Source of the DNA: Selaginella moellendorffii
Taxonomy: Eukaryota; Plantae; Lycopodiophyta
Length of the DNA: 5,377 bases
Direction: 5' to 3'
Assembly (NCBI RefSeq): GCF_000143415.4
Contig: NW_003314730.1
Coordinates: forward strand, 1-5,377
The translations under genes were made by a program, and so were the position numbers. The notes under the pieces were generated by a model. That model was not told where the DNA came from. It was given only the letters and a program-made list of their open reading frames with translations, and did no database searches. Within the stretch, counting starts at the first letter, position 1. The number at the start of each line of letters is the position of its first letter. Positions 1 through 5,377 of this stretch are shown piece after piece.

Positions 1-2931
1 AAAAGTATACAGCTTAGCAGTTTAATTAATAGTACACAGCATTTTGTCTGGATAACTCTTTTCTCTACTATCTTGATGTTCTGTGTCAAAATTTTATTAG
101 CATTAATAAGAATGTTAATAATCATACTAATGTATTAGATTAGTATATAAATATTGACACAAAGTCACTAAAGTTATAGATGATTATATTATTATAGTGA
201 GGTTCAATCATTAATTTTAGAGTTAAAAGTAAAATAAATAAGCTTATAAAGTTAATTGATTAATGTTATTATGGGAAATATTAATTTTCTTTTATATATA
301 AGAATAGTATTTCTATTTTGACTAAAGTTCAGACTTTTTAGCACCCATAGTATAGCCTTGTTTATTAAAAGGTCTTTATTTCATTTTCAACTAATTGTTA
401 GTCATATATAACTAGCCTCTTTAGTGATGCTTGGAGCTGTTGGCTAGACATGTTAATAAACTATTGTTATATGATTGGATTTGAGTAATCATTTTATTTA
501 TACTTGTCTATGATCTTTTATATTGTATCTAGAATGTTATATTTCTATTGGACAAATATATAACTCAATGGTGAGAATTTTATGTTTGAGTCTTATGAAA
601 GCAAATTGAAGAATGATTATTAATTGTTTTGTGACTAATGATTACTTGTAAACTTCATTCAAGACTATTGACATTTTACTTAGCTTAATAATGGTTAATC
701 TTGTTTTACCAGAGAGTATTACGAAGGATTGTAATGTTAGATTTGCATGGTTTCTCCATATTAGCATTTTGATCCATCTCTGTCAATATCATTTGGTTGT
801 GTTTAGCCTTTGGTGTTGGATTTTATTGAGTTTTGAATATGGTAATTCATTCATGTGTGAAGGTTTTATTTTAAATACTAAATACACTATCTTTGACTTT
901 ATTTAGCTTGGTTGTTAAAAGCTTTGAATAATGATTTACTTTTGCTTTTTTTAATTTTGTTCTAGTATTTGATGATATTGAATTAATGTCCTATCGTCAA
1001 CATTGTTAACATTTAGATTAGAGTGAAATGAGATGTTTCTTCATAAGTTTCATTAGTCTCAATAGAATTAGTGTTGATAATTTGACTATAGCTTTATATT
1101 ATTAGTATTTATGCATTTATTAATTAGCAACTATATTAACATTTAAATGAGATGAGTGGCAAGTTAAATTAATCTTGTGGTAAATGAGATTGTTTAGTAA
1201 GGGTTGAATTTTGGCTTTTCCTTGAAAAGTGATTTAATCATGGACTATATTAACTTTATGAAAGTAAGGGATAGTAATCAATATTGAAGTTATTATGTTG
1301 GATTTGACTTTAGATTATATTAATTCTTATTACACTTATTATGAAGTGAGTTATTTATTAATATGAATAAATGCATCTATAAAGGATCAGTTTAATGATC
1401 ACTTATTGTGCATAACTTCATTATGTATATACTAATAAAGTTTATTCATTGTAGAATCTTGGAACAACAACACAGGTAGGTGATCTTTAAAACCATCTTG
1501 GAGCTCAATTTATTTTCTGTTTCATGGTTTTTTGCCTTAAGTAAGTTTTTGTCATTTCTTGTCTAGGCCAAAGCTATCAAATTGAAAACTATGATAAGTT
1601 ATTATTCCCAAATCATAAAGTGGACTTTTTTTCATGATGTAAAAGTGGATATGAACTTGAAAAGAGGCCTTTTCTTAAGAAAATAGGTAAATTAATGTAT
1701 ATAAGTCTGTGAAAGCTTTTGGCCTTTCTTAGGATTTTTATTTGTTTGATGGCTTTCTTCAAGCACTACATCTCTAGATTTTAGAAGAATAGAAGGGCAA
1801 ATGAGCATTTCAAATTAAATCTAAATGAAGCTATGCATTGTCCCTTATATTGTTATCCTCTTCAATCCAAGACTATCTCAATATTTCACAAATGATAAAG
1901 CTGGAAGTGCTTTTATAAGAATGTCCGCAATCATACTTTATATTTTAATATGTGCAAGTTGGATAACATTTTTAAAAATAAAGAAGTGGTCCATCTCGAC
2001 ATGTTTTATGCAAGAACGAAATATGGGATTTTCAATCATTGCAAAAGCAAAAATGTTGTTAAGAGTTTTTGGACCAATATTATGAAATAAACATGTCAAC
2101 CTTTAGTAGCAACATTGATTGCATTATATTTTTCTTCGGATGTTGAAAGAGCTACTGAACTAGCGAGTATGCAAAAACACTGATCAAATGATTGATACAT
2201 ACCTAACTCTATCTCCACTAATTTAGATCATCCTCAAGCTCTGTAACACGCTGGGATTTACCTTTGAGATCATGATTCACGATGACCAAGACTCCTTAGG
2301 TCTAAATTTCTTTTTGAACTGTTCGAAAGGAGAAAGGTTAGAGTCTCATCATTTATGTTGTTGAAATGTCAAGATTGGAATCTTTGTTGTTTCCCAGCAG
2401 ATGGATCTTGGTCTGCCCGTTTATAGTTTGAATGCACATGCATCACCTCCACATTAGGTTCTGAATTGACACAGATAGGTGCTTTGTCTTTTAGCTACAA
2501 TTGATGTTGATCTCGTGCTATCCATCAAATTGAGTTCCTGGATTTCTTTCTTAATCAATTCTTAGGTTAAGCCTTGCTTGAGTGAAGAGAGATGTTGCTT
2601 TATGCTGCGAGACAACCTGATAATGAGCATGATGTCTGTGAGAACAGATATGGGAAGTACACAAGCTCCCATTTGAAGAAGACATCCTCCATAGCCATTA
2701 ACACGACTATAAAACTTGGGAGCAAATTCCTCAGGCAGTATATGACAATTGACAAGCTTAATAACCTCATTGAATTATGCTAGCCAAGATGTTTTGATGT
2801 AGTCATTGTGGAGTATCTCCCAAGCATCTACTACTAAACTTGACGTGAATATCATGCTGTCCACTGAAATCCCTGAGATCTTTCTTAATCAGTTAAAGAA
2901 AGTGCCACTTCTTCCTCTGGTGTCATCTCTA

Positions 2932-3078
2932 ATGGAGGCAACACAAAGCAAGACACCACTCCCCACACCTTCTTCTTCGCAAGCGCTACTTCAACCAAAT
3001 GAAAGAAAACATGGAGGCAACACAATGCAAGACACCACTCCCCACATCTTCTTCTTCGCAAGCACTACTTCAACCAAA
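2932..3078 (+). repeat. Tandem duplication: 68-bp unit x2 (2932-2999, 3011-3078), period 79 bp
   Basis: ATGGAGGCAACACAA(A/T)GCAAGACACCACTCCCCACA(C/T)CTTCTTCTTCGCAAGC(G/A)CTACTTCAACCAAA; 65/68 identical, with an 11-bp linker TGAAAGAAAAC. Confidence 0.97.
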
Positions 3079-3270
3079 GGAGCCATGATACTCTTGATTG
3101 AGACCCGTAAGATAGGGTTATATTGCCACAAATGATTTTAGGTGGCGATGGCATTATCATAGAGCATGTATGTGGAAATGGAGAATGATATTGCATACAT
3201 GAGTGATGAAGAACTGATGTCAACATCTTGGATCCCAACCGCCAGCTCAAAGGCTGCATGGAAGCCAATG

Positions 3271-3297
3271 TAAACAATACAAACAATACAAACAATC
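3271..3297 (+). repeat. 9-bp tandem repeat x3 (TAAACAATA CAAACAATA CAAACAATC)
   Basis: Read directly; encodes *TI-QTI-QTI in frame +1. Confidence 0.9.
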
Positions 3298-3589
3298 TTC
3301 CTAACAGGGCAATTGCTTGGTTGTAAGGGCTTTCAATTTAGTTTATGTTATTTTTCCCTCCCTCATGGAACACCGGTGAGAGCCTAATCCAGGTTAGATC
3401 GTGGCATTCTTCCCTTCTGCTGGAGAAGAAGGGGTGATGAACACCGAGGAATTCTTCATCCTTCAAATACGAGAGAATTCTATAATATTCCTCCATATTA
3501 TTATATCACAGATTCACGAGACACAATTGATACAAACAATCCCTTACATCCTCAATTGGTTAGTTGCAAGAGCCTTTCATAGTTTATGT
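3286..3589 (+). repeat. Diverged ~60-bp direct repeat (3286-3348 and 3530-3589), core offset 243 bp
   Basis: Shared blocks ATACAAACAATC (12/12), CAATTG..AAG.GC.TT (19/24 ungapped, 3310-3333 vs 3553-3576) and TAGTTTATGT (10/10). Confidence 0.8.
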
Positions 3590-4000
3590 CGAGCTCAAGT
3601 GGCTCCACCAAGTGAAGCCCACACCTTTTAGTAGGGTGGTAGTGGCACCAGGAGAGGACTTGCATCGCACTGTACACCATTGGTTGTCCGAGGCAGATAT
3701 GATCACTGTTCTCCCTATTTCAGATTGGAAATGTGGTCTCTAGCAGCGCGCACCTCCCTTCAAGTCCCTGCCCTGTTGTTCGGAGGAGACAGAGCGCTGC
3801 TATGAAGAGTATTGTCAGCATCAGGAAAAATGAGTAGACAAGAGAAAGGAGGAGGATGAAAAACTCATTAGATAGAACAAGAGCTATAAATATTTCCAAG
3901 CTGTGGCACCATTAACGATTTAATTACTGATGCTAGCTGTTATTCTTTTATATACGTGCTTTAGAAGGTATAATTGTATTCGACTAATATGTTTGTAGTA

Positions 4001-4099
4001 CTAATGTTGGCTTTTGAGGGTTACATTTTTCTGCATGTCCTCAGCTCTCTTCATTCGCTCAGAAAACATACGCCACTCTTTGTTACACCTTACCCGCAC
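4001..4099 (-). CDS. DUF707 terminal coding exon (99 bp)
   Basis: ttttttCAG|GTGCGG; VRVRCNKEWRMFSERMKRAE...QH-TAG. Confidence 0.9.
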   Translation of the reverse strand: MRVRCNKEWRMFSERMKRAEDMQKNVTLKSQH

Positions 4100-5348
4100 C
4101 TGAAAAAACAAAACAAAAGGAAAAGTAAGGAAGTTGCCTTACTACCAAAACCATCTTACTCCTTCCCAGGGTGGTCTCCCCTCGACGGCTTGTCCCTGTT
4201 CACAAAAGAGAGCGATTAGAGCATAAAATCTAAAGAGAAGAGTACAAAACTCTCTCTGAACATAAGAGAGCACTTGCCTGTGAGCCAAGAGACGGAACGC
4301 CTTTGTGTCGTATCCACTGTGCATCCACGACTCCAATCCTCTCGTGAGCAGGCTGCTCAATCATAGGAATGGAATGTAAGAAAAAATAATTAAAGCAAAG
4401 TACTGGCAAAGCTCACCGTTGCACACTTTTGCAGGCCAAAGTCTAGTCCCCAGCCATGCACCAAGTCATTTTGAATCATATGCCACACACAGCGCCAGGC
4501 CTTGCGCGAAAAAACTGGAGCCATGATCTCCACAAATCTGTAGCAAACTCAGTCGATAGAAATAGCTAGAAGCAAGGAAGATAAATAGAAACTAAACACA
4601 AAACTTACGCGGCACAAGGAGGCTTGTGAGGCCCTGCACTACACCAACCTGGCTTCTCTTCCGTGGTTCTACATATGAAAAAAAAAGCAAAAGAAAAAGA
4701 AACAGAGACACGTTAATCGTTACCAAAAGTTATAAAGAAAACGCAAGCTTAACTTGTGAACCTCAACATCGCCCCTTCGTTTGGTCATTTGCCAAGTCAA
4801 TCCTCTGTCGGGCTCTAGCCCAGGTTGTGATATATCTAGTCCATGTTTCCTCACAAGCTCGATATATCTGCATTAAACAAGCAAAGGAAAAAAAGAAGAG
4901 TTTAAAGGCACGAGCGCCACGAAAACATCACTCTCTACGTACTTATGCGCGTCAAAATGCTCTAAATCCAAATCCTCGTCCCAAAGAAACAGGTATTCGA
5001 AAGGCTCTATCACGTCGGGATGCAGAAATCTCTTCGCATACCACCTGAAAGAAGATGTAAACACCAAAGACAAAGTGAAAGAAAGTCTATACCATTTGGT
5101 TTGCTTCCTCACGCTAACATGGACGGCACGTTGAGACCACTCGAACTGATCCCACGCATCCGTGTGCGCGTCGTAGTGAAAAAGAACTATCATCCAGTCT
5201 TTGTCAAACTGCAGCATCAAACTTAGTGTCCAGATGTTTTTTCGAAAGCAATTAGGATGTTTCAACCTTGGAACAGCTTTGTCCACCATTTCCATCTGAT
5301 TTGATCCGACAGTAAGCGCTAGCATATATCTTGGCTTGAAGGGAAATC
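4001..5348 (-). CDS. DUF707 (PF05212) family protein, 5'-partial, spliced; exons 5348-5267, 5208-5093, 5044-4943, 4867-4754, 4668-4609, 4537-4417, 4352-4278, 4195-4160, 4099-4001
   Basis: Manual splicing gives D-x-PFKPRYMLALTVGSNQMEMVDKAV-x-K/FDKDWMIVLFHYDAHTDAWDQFEWSQRAVHVSVRKQTKW/WYAKRFLHPDVIEPFEYLFLWDEDLDLEHFDAHK/YIELVRKHGLDISQPGLEPDRGLTWQMTKRRGDVEVHK/TTEEKPGWCSAGPHKPPCAA/FVEIMAPVFSRKAWRCVWHMIQNDLVHGWGLDFGLQKCAT/PAHERIGVVDAQWIRHKGVPSLGSQ/GQAVEGRPPWEG/VRVRCNKEWRMFSERMKRAEDMQKNVTLKSQH*. LFHYD, QTKWWYAKRFLHPD, WDED, ISQP, FVEIMAPVFSR.AWRCVW, HGWGLD and IGVVD are hallmark plant DUF707 motifs (recognised from memory). Intron phases match from exon 2 onward; stop TAG at 4003-4001. Confidence 0.95.
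4160..4195 (-). CDS. DUF707 micro-exon (36 bp)
   Basis: gaaCAG|GGACAA ... GAAGGA|GTAAGA; GQAVEGRPPWEG. Confidence 0.88.
4196..4277 (-). other. GC-AG intron (82 bp)
   Basis: Donor CAG|GCAAGT matches the U2 consensus apart from C at +2; acceptor aaCAG|G. The phase-0 join restores the conserved PSLGxQ|G junction. Confidence 0.85.
4278..4352 (-). CDS. DUF707 exon (75 bp)
   Basis: gagCAG|CCTGCT ... TCACAG|GCAAGT (GC donor); PAHERIGVVDAQWI...PSLGSQ. Confidence 0.9.
4417..4537 (-). CDS. DUF707 exon (121 bp)
   Basis: ctaCAG|ATTTGTG ... GCAACG|GTGAGC; FVEIMAPVFSRKAWRCVWHMIQNDLVHGWGLD. Confidence 0.95.
4609..4668 (-). CDS. DUF707 exon (60 bp)
   Basis: atgTAG|AACCACG ... GCCGC|GTAAGT; TTEEKPGWC...PPCAA. 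Confidence 0.93.
4754..4867 (-). CDS. DUF707 exon (114 bp)
   Basis: atgCAG|ATATATC ... CACAA|GTTAAG; YIELVRKHGLDISQPGLEP...VHK. Confidence 0.93.
4943..5044 (-). CDS. DUF707 exon (102 bp), carries the WDED (DxD-like) motif
   Basis: tttCAG|GTGGTAT ... CATAA|GTACGT; WYAKRFLHPD...LWDEDL. Confidence 0.95.
5093..5208 (-). CDS. DUF707 exon (116 bp)
   Basis: ctgCAG|TTTGAC ... AAATG|GTATAG; FDKDWMIVLFHYD...KQTKW. Confidence 0.93.
5267..5348 (-). CDS. DUF707 exon (first visible; 82 bp, two apparent 1-nt deletions)
   Basis: Acceptor ttgttttgtcttacCAG|GAT; encodes ..PFKPRYMLALTVGSNQMEMVDKAV..; donor AAG|GTTGAA at 5266. 84 bp is needed for phase 0/0. Confidence 0.8.
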
Positions 5349-5377
5349 CTGGTAAGACAAAACAAGTCTAGAATTGT

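Larger units (their letters stand above)
1..3923 (+). pseudogene. Decayed long intronless reading frame(s); probable hypermutated transposon or endogenous-virus relic, family unassigned, left end outside the window
   Basis: Manual stop counts over 1501-2820: 18 in frame +3, ~23 in +1, ~48 in +2. This fits coding in +3, where NNT|GA and NNT|AA enrich frame +2. Ten of the 18 in-frame stops are TGA (CGA>TGA). Protein-like segments include KSGYELEKRPFLKKIGKLMY, RPRLLRSKFLFELFERRKVRV and PRCFDVVIVEYLPSIYY. The frame appears to continue in +1 (2803-~3580) and +3 (~3564-3923). Left of ~1450 the frame cannot be shown by stop counts. Confidence 0.55.

Noticed and set aside
691-2085. ORFs 691-906 and 1825-2085 as membrane proteins
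   Set aside because: The hydrophobic composition follows from T-richness, they are off-frame relative to the better-supported +3 ghost frame, and they carry no motifs.
1-2835. Organellar gene needing U-to-C RNA editing to remove stops
   Set aside because: No similarity to plastid or mitochondrial proteins that I recognise, the context is nuclear (spliceosomal neighbour), and CpG loss points to DNA deamination.
3106-3141. GTAAGA...TTTTAG as a plus-strand intron
   Set aside because: Only 36 bp, shorter than any intron in the neighbouring gene, and no other spliced structure supports a plus-strand gene.
3065-3295. 76-aa minus-strand ORF
   Set aside because: Non-ATG start inside a 9-bp repeat, no family resemblance, and antisense to the relic frame.
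2932-3589. CRISPR-like repeat-spacer array
   Set aside because: Each repeat occurs only twice with irregular spacing, the context is eukaryotic, and there are no cas-like ORFs.
3625-3700. JmjC/cupin-like motif (RVVVAPGEDL..VHHW, or GW*WHQ in another frame)
   Set aside because: The spacing between PGE and His is too short, no upstream HxD/E motif is evident, and the two partial motifs overlap in different frames.
3640-3810. Structured ncRNA (TPP riboswitch, RNase MRP, U3/snoRNA)
   Set aside because: Only short chance-level word matches; the defining conserved boxes of these families are absent.
3720-3821. Minus-strand 33-aa ORF MLTILFIAALCLLRTTGQGLEGR... resembling a secreted peptide, with an upstream TATA-like element near 3886-3893
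   Set aside because: It is the in-register antisense of the charged plus-strand frame (EEYCQHQEK..KRKEEDEK), which automatically gives hydrophobic residues. No recognisable mature peptide motif.
3974-5226. Plus-strand ORFs 3974-4219, 4626-5048 and 5020-5226, and minus-strand ORF 4142-4360
   Set aside because: Antisense or off-frame shadows of the DUF707 gene; the Lys-rich stretches come from intronic poly-T tracts.
4873-5325. 150-aa minus-strand ORF as a complete gene
   Set aside because: It is three DUF707 exons read through two introns and into a third; the non-homologous stretches coincide with GT...AG introns.

Overview
Eukaryotic (land-plant) genomic DNA in two very different parts. 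(1) 4001-5348, minus strand: the 3' nine exons of a DUF707-family gene (Pfam PF05212, often annotated 'lysine ketoglutarate reductase trans-splicing related'). Its introns are very short (48-85 bp) and one is GC-AG. The gene's 5' part lies beyond the window, and the first visible exon is 2 nt short of the length expected from homologues (two apparent 1-bp deletions). The tiny introns suggest a compact genome such as Selaginella (inference). (2) About 1-3923: no intact gene. It reads as a long, apparently intronless, decayed plus-strand reading frame. Many of its stops fit CGA/CAG/CAA>TGA/TAG/TAA deamination, CpG is almost absent from the left 1.9 kb, and GC rises from ~18% at the left to ~45-48% near the intact gene. 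This is probably a silenced, hypermutated relic of a transposon or endogenous virus that I cannot assign to a family. It holds a young 79-bp-period tandem duplication, a 9-bp x3 repeat and a diverged ~60-bp direct repeat. Most ORFs in the supplied track are shadows or fragments.
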